DNA of 35,823 nt from an uncultured Rhodanobacteraceae bacterium (GCA_964624575.1 CAZUZT010000002.1:1-35823), one strand, 5' to 3'; shown: positions 21,738-31,648, numbered from the stretch's first letter. Numbers and translations: made by a program. Notes: generated by a model from the letters alone, not told the origin.

Positions 21738-22750
21738 GACCGGCGCCTCAGGGCGATGGCCAGGGCCAGTTCCGCGGCGGCGAAGGCACTGCCGGGATCG
21801 GCCTGGCCACGCCCGGCCAGGTCCAGCGCCACGCCATGGTCGACCGAGGTGCGCACGAACGGCAAGCCCAGGCTGATGTTGACGGCGGCGCCGAAGGCCA
21901 GGGTCTTGAGCACCGGCAGGCCCTGGTCGTGGTACATGGCGAAGTAGGCGTCGAAGCGCCGTCGCTGGCCAGGCACGAACGCGGTGTCGGCGGGCAGTGG
22001 GCCGGCCAGGTCCAGACCCTGTTCGCGCAGCCTGGCCAGCACAGGCTCGATGATCTGGATCTCCTCGCTGCCCAGGTGGCCGCCCTCGCCGGCGTGCGGG
22101 TTCAGCCCGAGCACGGCGATGCGTGGTCGGGCCAGGCCGAAATCAGCGCGCAGGCCGGCGTCGAGCAGGCGCAGGCTGGCGGCCAGGCTTTCGCCATCGA
22201 TGGCATCGGCGACCGCGCGCAACGGCAGGTGGGTGCTGGCCAGGGCGACGCGGAGCATGGCCTCCGGGGCCAGGGTCGGATCGGCCCCAGCCAGCAGCAT
22301 CAGCACCTGGCTGCCGGCGCGGTCGGCAAAAAATTCCGTGTGGCCGGTGAAGGCGATGCCGGACTGGTTGATCACGCCCTTGTGCACCGGCAGGGTGAGC
22401 ACGGCATCGAACAGGCCGTCGCGGCAGCCGTCGGCGGCCAGGGCCAGGGTCTGCAGCACGGCCGGGGCATTGGCCGGGTCCAGGCGGCCGGCGACCACCG
22501 GGGCCGGCAGCGGCACCGGCAGGCAGCGCACGCGTCCGGGTTGCGGGTCGTCATCACCGGCGCGGGCCGGGTCAAAGTCGGACAGGGCCAATGGCTGGCC
22601 GAGCCGGTCGGCTTGCGCCTGCAACTGTTGCCGGTCACCGATGGCGACCAGTTCGACCGGCAACTTGCGGCTGGCCAGCCGGACCATCAGTTCCGGCCCG
22701 ATGCCCGCAGGTTCACCCAGGGTCACGGCCAGGCGCGGGGTCCGGCTCAT
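21734..22750 (-). CDS. pdxA: 4-hydroxythreonine-4-phosphate dehydrogenase
   Basis: GEPAGIGPE, FTGHTEF, GLNPHAGEGG, GPLPADT, MYHDQGL, RTSVDHG; alternative ATG at 22774. Confidence 0.96.
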   Translation of the reverse strand: MSRTPRLAVTLGEPAGIGPELMVRLASRKLPVELVAIGDRQQLQAQADRLGQPLALSDFDPARAGDDDPQPGRVRCLPVPLPAPVVAGRLDPANAPAVLQTLALAADGCRDGLFDAVLTLPVHKGVINQSGIAFTGHTEFFADRAGSQVLMLLAGADPTLAPEAMLRVALASTHLPLRAVADAIDGESLAASLRLLDAGLRADFGLARPRIAVLGLNPHAGEGGHLGSEEIQIIEPVLARLREQGLDLAGPLPADTAFVPGQRRRFDAYFAMYHDQGLPVLKTLAFGAAVNISLGLPFVRTSVDHGVALDLAGRGQADPGSAFAAAELALAIALRRRS

Positions 22751-22840
22751 GGCCTGGGCCGGTGCCGGGGTCATCGCAGCGGCGGCACCGGACCGGTCGC
22801 CTTGGTCGCAGACATCCGGGCGCGCAGCGGCAAACTGCGC

Positions 22841-24151
22841 TCAGGCATCGGCGTCGTCGGCGGGGTCGACGAGCCGGTTCTCGATGTAGGCCTCGCCACG
22901 AAGCTCGCGCACATAGCGTTCGAACTCTTCGCCAGCCTTGCGGTTGCGGATGGTGTCGGCGGCCTGGCGGCGCAGGAATTCGGCGGTGCGGTCCTGCTGG
23001 CGGCTGCCCAGGCGTTGCAGCAGATGCCAGCCGACATCGCTGCGGAACGGTTCGCTGATCTGGCCGTCCGCCAGCGTCGGCAGCACCTGGGCCACGCCGG
23101 AGCCATAGGCCTCGGGCGGGAACCAGCCCAGGTCGCCGCCGAGCGGGCCGGTGTTGTGGTCGTCGGAATGTTCGCGGGCCATGTCGGCGAAGTCGGCACC
23201 GTCCAGGATCTGGCGATGGATATCATTGATCTGGCGCCCGGCCTGTTCCGGGCTGGTCAGCTCGCTGAACTCGATCATGATGTGGCGGGCATTGAACTCG
23301 TCGACCAGACGCTGGCTGTCGACGCGACGCCCGTACAGCTTGAGCAGATGGAAGCCGCCGGGGCTGCGGATCGCCGGGGTCACTTCGCCCTCGCGCATCT
23401 GGGCGACGATGTCGACGAAGACCGAGGGAATTTCGTTCAGGCTGCGCCAACCCAGGTCACCGCCCTCCAGTGCGTTGGGGGCATTGGAATGGCGGATGGC
23501 GGCGGCGGTGAAATCCATGCCGGCCTGGATCTGCTCGTGAACGCCCTGGGCCCGGCCCCGGGCCTCCTCGATGGTGGCGCTGTCGGCGCCTTCGGGCACG
23601 GCAATCAGGATGTGGCCGATGTGGACCTCGCCGCGCTGCAGCTGGCCGCTGTCGAGCAGGTTGTCGATCTCGCTTTCGCTGACCGTCACCCGGGTCTGCA
23701 CGAAGCGTTGTTGCAACGCCTGGATCAGCAGTTCTTCGCGCACGGTCTCGCGGAACTCGCCGTAGTGCAGGCCCTGCTGTTGCAGCGAGGCACGCAATTG
23801 GTCGGGCGTCAGGCCGTTGCCGCGCGCGATATCGCCGATCGCGCCGTCGACCTGCATTTCACTGATCCGGATGCCGGTTTCCTCGGCCCGCTGGGCCTGC
23901 ACCTTCATCAAGATCATGCGGTCCAGCACCTGGCGTTCGAGCACCTCGCGCGGCGGCAACTGGGCCGACCGGCCGGCGTACTGGTCGACGATGTTGCCCA
24001 CCGAGCGGTCCAGCTCGCTGGCCAGGATCACATCCTCGTCGACTACGGCGATGACGCGGTCCAGGGTTTCCAGGCCCAGCGATTGCGCCGCCAGCGGCGT
24101 TGCCGCCACCAGCAGCAGGGACAGGAGCAGGGTTCGGATCAATGCGGTCAT
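22841..24151 (-). CDS. surA: Periplasmic chaperone/parvulin PPIase SurA
   Basis: Signal peptide, LDRVIAVVDEDVI, two parvulin domains (HILI..GGDLGW twice); lies between lptD and pdxA. Confidence 0.95.
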   Translation of the reverse strand: MTALIRTLLLSLLLVAATPLAAQSLGLETLDRVIAVVDEDVILASELDRSVGNIVDQYAGRSAQLPPREVLERQVLDRMILMKVQAQRAEETGIRISEMQVDGAIGDIARGNGLTPDQLRASLQQQGLHYGEFRETVREELLIQALQQRFVQTRVTVSESEIDNLLDSGQLQRGEVHIGHILIAVPEGADSATIEEARGRAQGVHEQIQAGMDFTAAAIRHSNAPNALEGGDLGWRSLNEIPSVFVDIVAQMREGEVTPAIRSPGGFHLLKLYGRRVDSQRLVDEFNARHIMIEFSELTSPEQAGRQINDIHRQILDGADFADMAREHSDDHNTGPLGGDLGWFPPEAYGSGVAQVLPTLADGQISEPFRSDVGWHLLQRLGSRQQDRTAEFLRRQAADTIRNRKAGEEFERYVRELRGEAYIENRLVDPADDADA

Positions 24152-24401
24152 GAATGCAGGCTCAGGTTGGTCAGCGTGCCGGAAGGGGCGGGAGGTTGGG
24201 CCGGGCGCGGAACGCCCTGGCAGCGGCGGGCCGGTTCACGGCGGCGCCGCGGCCGGCGGCGGCAAAGTGTGGCGGGCGGGGGGAATTCGGACTGTTCATG
24301 CGGGCCGTTGCGACGCGGCGGTCGTTGGCGTCGCAGCCGCCGGATTTGCTCTCCCGCCGGGCCGTGTTTGCGACGGCACCGGCGTGGGCGGCAGCGGCGG
24401 C

Positions 24402-26819
24402 TCAGTCGCCGTAACGGGTGTAGCCAACGATAGCACGGCGCAACAGATCCTCCGAGTGGCGGCCCAGGTTGCCCAGGCCCTTGAGCTCGATCTCCAGGTA
24501 CAGGGCATTGTCGCGTTCGCCCTCGACGTTGCGCACGTAATGGCGGCCGAGCAGGCGGATCGCGTAGCAGCAGCTTTCATACTCCACGCCAGCCAGGGCT
24601 TCCAGGGTCGAGCTGCCTTTTTCGATCCCGGTCAGGCTGGTGTCGTCGCCCAGGGAGACGTTCCAGCGGCCGACCAGGCGCCAGCGCTCGTTCAGGGCCC
24701 ACAGTCCGGACAGGTCGACCTGTTCCAGATAATTGCGCCGGTAGCGGTAGGTGGCGTTGAGCACGCTGTAATTGCGGAAGCGCCACTGCAGGCGGGCACT
24801 GCTCAGGTCGGTGCGGTCGGTTTCCGGGTTCCATTGGCTGCCCAGGGCCAGCGACAGGTTGTCGCGCAGGGCAAGATTGAACTCGCCGACGAAGGCCGAG
24901 CCGGAAATGTCGACCGGGTCGGTGGCCGGATTGAGCTGCACCCGCTGCGGGCGGAAATAGCGGATCTGGCCGACCGTCATCGACACCCGCTCGCGACCGT
25001 CGGCGCCATCGATCAGGCGGCTGGTCAGAGCCAGGGTGGCCTGATTGGCATCGCCCTGGCGGTCGGCGCCGACGAAGCGGTTGGTCTGGAACAGCTGGGT
25101 GATGCCGAAGGTCAGGCGCTGGGTATCGAAGATCGGCAGGTTGTCCTGGTTCTCGTAGGGCACGTTGAGATAGAACAGGCGCGGTTCCAGCGTGTGCAGC
25201 CAGTCACGGCCGAACAGGTTCGCGTCGCGCTCGAAGATCAGACCGCTGTCCAGGCTGAAGATCGGCAGGCCACGGCTGCGGCTCTGGTTGCCCAGGCCAT
25301 CGCCCAGGTCGTATCGGTAATCGGTCTGGCGCCAGCCCAGTTCCGGGCGCAGGAACCAGCCGGAGCGGTCAAGCGGCCAGGCCAGGTAGGGATACAGATC
25401 CGAGCGCGTGCCCTGCTGGGGTTCATGGCTGCGGTCAAAGCGCACCAGCTCCGAGTCGATCCCCGCGACCAGGCCCAGGCCGATGCCGTCCTCGGCATCG
25501 AAACGCAGGCGCGGCAGGCGCCGGTACGGTTCGCGGGCATTGGGCAGGGTCGGATCGGTGATCTTCTGCACCTCGACCATGGCCGAGGCATCCCACCAGC
25601 GGCCGCGGCCGTAGATGCCGGCGCGCGAGGGCAGCACGGTGGTCGCGGCCAGCGACAGCGAATCGCCGAAGTCCTCGAAATAGCGGTCGTCGGAGACCTG
25701 CTTGATGTTGACGTTGGCGCGCCAGTTCCGGTTGAAGCGGGTGTGGTGCTGGTATTCCAGGTAACCGCGGCTGTCGCCATGGACGTCATCGTCCGGCATC
25801 CAGGTGCCGAAGAAGCGGCCGCGATGGGCGCGCCCGAACAGGTAGCGGAACTCGGCGCCGAGCATCTGCCCGCGCGAGCCGATGATCCGCGGCATCAGGG
25901 TCAGGTCATAGTTCGGCGCCAGGTTCAGGTAGTAGGGCACGGTGATGTCGATGCCGCCCTGGCGCGAACGGCCGATGCTGGGCAGCAGCAGGCCGGACTT
26001 GCGCCGGTCGTCGATCGGGAACGAGCCCCAGGGGGTGTACAGCAGCGGCACGCCGCGGAAATACAGGGTGGCATTGCGTGCCTTGCCGGTACCGGTGCCC
26101 TGGTCGATGTCGATGCTGGCGGCGCGCAGCTGCCAGTCCGGGTCATCCGGATCGCAGGTGGAGAAGCTCATCTGCTCCATGCGCGAGCGGTCCGGATCCA
26201 GGATCTGCACCTGCCCGGCCTCGCCGCTGCCGCGGGTGTGCAGGAACTGGTAGCGGACGTCATGGAGCTGGGCGGTGTCGTCCTGGACATTGCCCTGGCC
26301 GCGCCCGGCCGAGAGCAGCAGGCCGGCATCCTGGTAGGTCAGCGGCTGGTCGGTACGATAATCGCCACTGGCACTGTCGTAGTCGATGCGGCCGGTGCGC
26401 AGCAGCTGGTCGGCGCGGCGCAGCTGGACATCGCCTTCGATCACGATCCGCTCGCGGTCGCTGATATCCAGTTGCGCACCTTCGATGCTCGCTTCGGTGT
26501 TGGCGCGGGCGCTGGCCGGCCCCAGCCCCGGGACATAAAAGTCGAGCAGGCGGTTGCCGCGGCACAGCGCATAGCGGCGGCGGTCGACCAGGCAGTCGGC
26601 ATCGCCCGGTGCACAGGTGCCGGCCTCGGCGGCGGTCGTGGTCGGCGCCTGGGCCGGCAGCGGGATGGTTTGCGGCTCGGCGACGGGGACCGGTTCGGCC
26701 AGAACCGCCGGCCCAGCACCGCCAAGCGACAGGAGCAGGGCCCCGGAAAGCAGACGGCCCTGGGACGGATGCCGGCGTGGCCGCAGGTGGAGGCCGCAGG
26801 TGGAGGGTTCTTCGGTCAC
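24402..26819 (-). CDS. lptD: LPS assembly protein LptD
   Basis: FSTCDP, RRKSGLLLP, PYYLNLAPNYD, LEPRLFYL, NRFVGADR, EYESCC, ELKGLG; start uncertain (GTG 26819 chosen, ahead of a signal-like segment). Confidence 0.95.
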   Translation of the reverse strand: MTEEPSTCGLHLRPRRHPSQGRLLSGALLLSLGGAGPAVLAEPVPVAEPQTIPLPAQAPTTTAAEAGTCAPGDADCLVDRRRYALCRGNRLLDFYVPGLGPASARANTEASIEGAQLDISDRERIVIEGDVQLRRADQLLRTGRIDYDSASGDYRTDQPLTYQDAGLLLSAGRGQGNVQDDTAQLHDVRYQFLHTRGSGEAGQVQILDPDRSRMEQMSFSTCDPDDPDWQLRAASIDIDQGTGTGKARNATLYFRGVPLLYTPWGSFPIDDRRKSGLLLPSIGRSRQGGIDITVPYYLNLAPNYDLTLMPRIIGSRGQMLGAEFRYLFGRAHRGRFFGTWMPDDDVHGDSRGYLEYQHHTRFNRNWRANVNIKQVSDDRYFEDFGDSLSLAATTVLPSRAGIYGRGRWWDASAMVEVQKITDPTLPNAREPYRRLPRLRFDAEDGIGLGLVAGIDSELVRFDRSHEPQQGTRSDLYPYLAWPLDRSGWFLRPELGWRQTDYRYDLGDGLGNQSRSRGLPIFSLDSGLIFERDANLFGRDWLHTLEPRLFYLNVPYENQDNLPIFDTQRLTFGITQLFQTNRFVGADRQGDANQATLALTSRLIDGADGRERVSMTVGQIRYFRPQRVQLNPATDPVDISGSAFVGEFNLALRDNLSLALGSQWNPETDRTDLSSARLQWRFRNYSVLNATYRYRRNYLEQVDLSGLWALNERWRLVGRWNVSLGDDTSLTGIEKGSSTLEALAGVEYESCCYAIRLLGRHYVRNVEGERDNALYLEIELKGLGNLGRHSEDLLRRAIVGYTRYGD

Positions 26820-26950
26820 GCGCTCGGGCCAGCCGGAAGGGGTGCAAAAAAGGCCGTGTACGATGGCATAGACGCCCTTTTCCCTCAACAGACAGCTCAG
26901 ACATTCCCCCCGACCCCGGCCCAGCCCGTGCCCCGGCCCACAGCCGGACA

Positions 26951-29008
26951 TCAGGCAGCGCTGGTCAGGGTGCTCCTGGCCGGTTCATGCAGGAAGTCGC
27001 CCTGAACGAAGTTGACCCCGCACTGATAGAGCGTGCTGACGCTGGCCATGTCGGTGACCTGGGGTGCGATCGTCTTCATGCCGCCGGTACGGGCCTGGTC
27101 GCAGATTTCCTGAACCTTCTTCTGCGACTCGGCATTACCGGCGAAATCGACAATGTAGTTGTGGTCGATCTTCAGATACTGGGCCGGAACATGCTTGAGC
27201 AGCTGGAACGAGGTCAGCCCGGCACCGAAGCTGCTGATGGCGACGCCAACCCGCAGTCCGGACAGGTGCTTGAGCAGGGTCTGCAGCGATTTCAGCTGCA
27301 CCGATGCCTCGTTCTCGGCCACCTGCAGCACCAGGCGCTCACCCGGCACGCGATGGCTCTTGAGCTGCTCGGCCAGCCAGCCGGCAAAGCCCGCATCCTC
27401 CAGCGTGTCGGTGCTCAAGGTGATGAAGAAGGTGGGCGGGCGTTTGCCCGAGCGGGCCAGTTCGGCCAGGGCATGGGCAATCACCCAGCGGTCGATCCGG
27501 GCCATCATCCCGGCCTGCTGGGCAGCCGGCATGAAGAAACTGGGCAGGATCTCGCTGCGCGGGCTGTTCATGCGCAGCAGCACCTCGAAGTGCTCGCCCT
27601 CGGCACCCTGCAGGCCGACCATCGGCTGGTAGAACAGCACGAAGCCGTCATCCTTGGCCAGGGCGTCTTCGATCAGCTTGACCCAGTGTGCGTTGCGGTT
27701 GGCCTCGGCCTTTTCTTCGGCGTAGGGATCGTGCAGCACGATGCGATTGCCACCCTCGGCCTGGGCGGTCGTGCCGGCATTGGCTGTCTGGGCCAGGATC
27801 GCCGGCACCTGGTGCAGGCGCTCACAGATGAGCACGCCGCCGATGCTGAAGGTGATCGACACCGAGGCCTGGCCGATCTCGAAGATGTGGTCGCTGATCC
27901 GTTCGCGGATCCTCTCGGCCAGCTTGCCGGCGGCATCCAGGGTTGGAGTCGGGGTCAGGATGGCGAAGCTGTGGTCGCCGAAACGGGCGGCGATGTCATC
28001 GGGCTCAAGGATCGTGCCCAGGGCCTTGGCGATATCGGCCAGCAACAGGTCGCCATGGCCGACACCGACGGCGTTGATCAGACTGGCGAACTCGTCGATG
28101 TCCAGCAACAGCAGGGCATGGTTGCGTTTGCCGCTGGCGGCCTCGGCCGCGGTGCGCTCCAGCAGGGTGGTGAAGTGGGTGCGGTTGTACAGGTCGGTGA
28201 CCAGGTCGCGCTCCTTCAGCCGGGTCAGCTCCGCGGCCAGGGCCGGATCCTCCTGCGGTTTGCGGATCACCAGCTGGATGCAGGTCTCGCCGGCATAGGT
28301 GGCATTGGAGAATTCCATCCGACCGGGAAAGGAGTGGCCGTCGCTGCGGCGCAGATTCAGCTCCAGGTACTCCGGCGGCGCTTCACCCTTGCCCATCCGG
28401 CGCAGTTCCCGCTTGAACTGGTCGGTGTCGCTGGCGGCGATCAGGTCCAGCAGCGGCTGGCCCTCGATGTCATCGTCCTCGTCGAAACCGAACATTTCCA
28501 GGTACGCCCGGTTGGCCCGGATGTGCATGCCCTCGTGGACGAAGGCGATCGGGTCGCGCGAGCTGTCCAGCAGGCCGTCGCAGCGGCGTTCGCTTTCGCG
28601 CAGGGCGCCTTCCAGGCGACGCAGTTCGCGGCGTGCACGCAACTGCTCGAACTGGCGCTTGACCGCGGCCACGATCAGCGGTGGATGGCGCGGTTCGACC
28701 GCGGTCGCGCCGGCCTCGAACGCGGCCTCACGCTGTTCGACATCCATCTGGCGCAGCAGGGCGATGATCGACAGGTCCTTGCCGGCGCGCGCGACCTCGG
28801 CGACGACGTCGGCCAGCGATATCGGCCCGGGTTCGTTGACCACGACCAGATCGAATGGCTCGCTGGCGATCATTTCGGCCAGACTGTCCAGGTCATCGAC
28901 CTGGCTGGGACGGACCGCCATCCCGGCGTTGCGCAACAGGCTGACCAGGTTTTCCGCCGCGTCCAGCCTGGCGTCGACGAAACAGATGCGTATTGGTGCG
29001 TTGGACAT
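26951..29008 (-). CDS. fimX: FimX-like REC-PAS-GGDEF-EAL protein (degenerate; likely c-di-GMP receptor)
   Basis: AENLVSLLRNAG, LLDSSRDPIAFVHEGMHIRAN, D LVTDLYNR, ARFGDHSF in place of GGDEF, FEVLLRM, AISSFG in place of DDFG, VQGDF. Confidence 0.85.
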   Translation of the reverse strand: MSNAPIRICFVDARLDAAENLVSLLRNAGMAVRPSQVDDLDSLAEMIASEPFDLVVVNEPGPISLADVVAEVARAGKDLSIIALLRQMDVEQREAAFEAGATAVEPRHPPLIVAAVKRQFEQLRARRELRRLEGALRESERRCDGLLDSSRDPIAFVHEGMHIRANRAYLEMFGFDEDDDIEGQPLLDLIAASDTDQFKRELRRMGKGEAPPEYLELNLRRSDGHSFPGRMEFSNATYAGETCIQLVIRKPQEDPALAAELTRLKERDLVTDLYNRTHFTTLLERTAAEAASGKRNHALLLLDIDEFASLINAVGVGHGDLLLADIAKALGTILEPDDIAARFGDHSFAILTPTPTLDAAGKLAERIRERISDHIFEIGQASVSITFSIGGVLICERLHQVPAILAQTANAGTTAQAEGGNRIVLHDPYAEEKAEANRNAHWVKLIEDALAKDDGFVLFYQPMVGLQGAEGEHFEVLLRMNSPRSEILPSFFMPAAQQAGMMARIDRWVIAHALAELARSGKRPPTFFITLSTDTLEDAGFAGWLAEQLKSHRVPGERLVLQVAENEASVQLKSLQTLLKHLSGLRVGVAISSFGAGLTSFQLLKHVPAQYLKIDHNYIVDFAGNAESQKKVQEICDQARTGGMKTIAPQVTDMASVSTLYQCGVNFVQGDFLHEPARSTLTSAA

Positions 29009-29178
29009 GGTGATGCAATTCCCGATTCAAGGCCCCGTTCCCCTGCCGACCAGTATCAGATGTCCGGGTGGCTGGCAAGTATGGGCATGTTTGGTGGCAC
29101 TTTGCCAGTTGCCAAGTTGCCCCGGAGTACACCCGGGGCGATGGTGTGCGCGGGCGCCGAAGCGGGCCGCGGCCCGTG

Positions 29179-30186
29179 TCACAGCGGCGTCTTGGCCGGC
29201 TCGCCGGCAATCTCCCGCACCAGCCTGGGCAGCAGGTAGCCGGGCAGTCGGAGGCGCAGCCGGGCATGCAGTTGCCGGGCGGTGCCGGCATCAACATGGA
29301 AATGCGCGGCGCCGGCGACCTGGTCCAGCAGGTGCAGGTAATAGGGCAGGGTGCCGGCCTGGTGCAGGCGCCAACTGAGCTCTTCCAGCACCGGCACCGA
29401 ATCGTTGACCCCGGCGAGCAGGACCGACTGGTTGAGCAGCTGGGCGCCATGGTCGCGCAGGGCGTGCAGGGCATTGGCCGTGGCGCTGTCGATCTCGTTG
29501 CCATGGTTGGCGTGGACCACCACCGTCACCGGCCAGGGCAGGCGCTCCAGCCAGGCCAGCAGGGCCGGGTCGACCCGTTCGGGCAGCACGATCGGCAGGC
29601 GGGTATGCAAACGCAGGCTGCGTACATGGCCGATATCGGCCAGGGCATCGGTGAATTCGGCCAGCTTGCCGGTGGCCAGGGACAGCGGGTCGCCGCCGGA
29701 CAGGATCACCTCCTGCACCGAGTCATCGCCGGCGATGTAGTCCAGGGCGGCGCGCCACCGGTCCCGTGCCGCCAGTTCCTGGCCATAGGGGAAGTGCCGC
29801 CGGAAGCAATAACGGCAATTGATCGCGCAGGCACCGGTGGCGATCAGCAGCACCCGGCCCTGGTACTTGTGGATCACGCCCGGTGCGCGGCTGGCGGCCA
29901 GATCACCGACGGCATCGTGATCGTAGCCGGGGGCGGCCTCCAGCTCGGCGGCGGCGGGCAGCACCTGGCGCAGCAATGGATCTGCGGCATCACCGGGTCG
30001 GATGCGGCGCAGGTAGCTTTCCGGAACGCGCAGGGCAAAGCCGGTGTCGGCGGCCGGCAGCAGGTCCCCGGCACGGTCGGCCAGACCCAGGCGGGCCAGC
30101 AGCTGGTGCGGATCGGTCAGCGACTGCCGCCAGGCCAGGCGCCAGTCTTCGGCCGGCTGCGTCGGCAATGGGCTTGCAGGTATCAT
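29179..30186 (-). CDS. epmB: EF-P beta-lysylation protein EpmB (lysine 2,3-aminomutase-like radical SAM enzyme)
   Basis: CAINCRYCFRR, VILSGGDPL, RLHTRLP, NQSVLL, PYYLHLLD; divergent from efp; start MIPAS after SD GGAGGG. Confidence 0.96.
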   Translation of the reverse strand: MIPASPLPTQPAEDWRLAWRQSLTDPHQLLARLGLADRAGDLLPAADTGFALRVPESYLRRIRPGDAADPLLRQVLPAAAELEAAPGYDHDAVGDLAASRAPGVIHKYQGRVLLIATGACAINCRYCFRRHFPYGQELAARDRWRAALDYIAGDDSVQEVILSGGDPLSLATGKLAEFTDALADIGHVRSLRLHTRLPIVLPERVDPALLAWLERLPWPVTVVVHANHGNEIDSATANALHALRDHGAQLLNQSVLLAGVNDSVPVLEELSWRLHQAGTLPYYLHLLDQVAGAAHFHVDAGTARQLHARLRLRLPGYLLPRLVREIAGEPAKTPL

Positions 30187-30217
30187 TTGCCCTCCCGGGC
30201 AGATTCGAAGGTTGGCC

Positions 30218-30223
30218 ATTGTA
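30218..30223 (-). promoter_or_regulatory. -10 element for epmB
   Basis: TACAAT on the minus strand 31 nt upstream of ATG 30186. Confidence 0.45.
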
Positions 30224-30311
30224 GGCTGCTTAAGGAAACGCCTTTGCCTGTAAACGCCGCTACCGGCCCCAAGTTGCCGGGGTGGCCTGGACCGCGAGAT
30301 TTGGAGCAGAT

Positions 30312-30881
30312 ATGGCGACCTACGGCCTCAACGACGTCAAGAACGGCCTGAAGATCCTCGTCGATGGCGAACCTTGCACCATCGTCGACACCGATTTCAT
30401 CAAGCCCGGCAAGGGCCAGGCCTTCACCCGGATCAAGGTCCGCAACCTCAAGAACGGGCGCAGCTTCGAGCGCACGATGAAATCCTCGGACACGGTGGAA
30501 GGCGCCGATGTCGTCGAGACCGACATGCAGTACCTGTACAACGACGGCGAGTTCTGGCACTTCATGAATCCCGACAGCTTCGATCAGGTCCAGGCCGATG
30601 CCGCCGCCATGGGCGATGCCGCGCAGTGGCTCAAGGGTGAGGAAGAATGTGTGGTGACGCTGTACAACGGCAGCCCGATCAGCGTCGCGCCGCCGAACTT
30701 CGTCGAGCTGCAGATCGTGGAAACCGACCCGGGCGTGCGTGGTGATACCGCCAGCGGCGGCGGCAAGCCGGCCAAGCTGGAAACCGGTGCCAGCGTCCGC
30801 GTGCCGCTGTTCGTGGAGAACGAAGAGACGATCAGGATCGACACCCGCAGCGGCGCCTACGTTTCCCGCGTCGGCAAGTAG
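30312..30881 (+). CDS. efp: Elongation factor P
   Basis: KPGKGQAF (modified Lys), [27 protein letters not shown]; SD GGAG. Confidence 0.98.
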   Translation: MATYGLNDVKNGLKILVDGEPCTIVDTDFIKPGKGQAFTRIKVRNLKNGRSFERTMKSSDTVEGADVVETDMQYLYNDGEFWHFMNPDSFDQVQADAAAMGDAAQWLKGEEECVVTLYNGSPISVAPPNFVELQIVETDPGVRGDTASGGGKPAKLETGASVRVPLFVENEETIRIDTRSGAYVSRVGK

Positions 30882-30889
30882 GGGAGCAC

Positions 30890-30929
30890 TGCCTGCCGCA
30901 GCAGCCCCGGCACGTTTGCTGCGGCGGCA
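30890..30929. terminator. Hairpin between convergent efp and acyltransferase genes
   Basis: TGCC-T-GCCGCAGCA (30890-30903) / TGCTGCGGC-GGCA (30917-30929); no U-tract. Confidence 0.35.
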
Positions 30930-30961
30930 TCCGGGTGTATTGGCCGATCGGTCGCCTGCCT

Positions 30962-31648
30962 TTAGACCGCCTTCTTGCCCTTGCGCCCGCGCCAGGGTTC
31001 GTAGAAGGCACGCAACCGGACCAGGTCGGCGGCCAGGTCCGGCGTAGTCTGGAACAGCGGGCCGATGCCGATGCGTTTTTCCGGATAGTGGAAGTACACC
31101 GGCAGGATGGGTACGTCGGCGGCGCGCGCGATGCGCCAGAAACCGGTTTTCCAGCGTGCCACCGGGCGCCGGGTACCTTCCGGCGCCAGGCCCAGCCAGA
31201 AGCGTTCACGGCGGGCGAATTCGGCCGCCATCTGTGCCACCAGGGCGGCGCTGGCAGCCGAGCCGGCCGTGCCCAGGGCGGCACCGTTTTGTCCGGTGCC
31301 TGATGCCGGCGCTTGCGGCCGGTCGATCGGCACCGCGCCGAGCTGGCGCAGCAACGGGCCCAGTGGCCACCAGAACAGCTGCCGCTTGGCCACCAGGCTG
31401 ACCTCCAGACCCAGCACCTGGCGCATCGCCAGGCCATGCATGCCGTCCCAGTTGGATGAATGCGGGGCGGCGATTACCACCAGCTTGGGCACATCCGGAA
31501 AGGTGCCGGTCAGGCGCCAGCCGCTCATCTGCAGCCAGGCCCGTCCCAGCAGCCGGCTCAGGCGTGGCTGGCAGCGCGGTGCCGAGTCGGGCAGTGGCGG
31601 CAGCCGCGGCAGGGCGGCGGGGGCCAGGGTGGCTCCGGATTCGTTCAT
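30962..31648 (-). CDS. Lysophospholipid acyltransferase family protein
   Basis: AAPHSSNWD, LAPEGTR, WKTGFWRIA, VPILPV; start at MNESG is uncertain. Confidence 0.9.
   Translation of the reverse strand: MNESGATLAPAALPRLPPLPDSAPRCQPRLSRLLGRAWLQMSGWRLTGTFPDVPKLVVIAAPHSSNWDGMHGLAMRQVLGLEVSLVAKRQLFWWPLGPLLRQLGAVPIDRPQAPASGTGQNGAALGTAGSAASAALVAQMAAEFARRERFWLGLAPEGTRRPVARWKTGFWRIARAADVPILPVYFHYPEKRIGIGPLFQTTPDLAADLVRLRAFYEPWRGRKGKKAV

Noticed and set aside
21482-29239. Very long plus-strand ORFs (983, 1062 and 876 aa)
   Set aside because: They are antisense shadows of pdxA, surA, lptD and fimX; high-GC codon bias removes stops, and they show no protein motifs.
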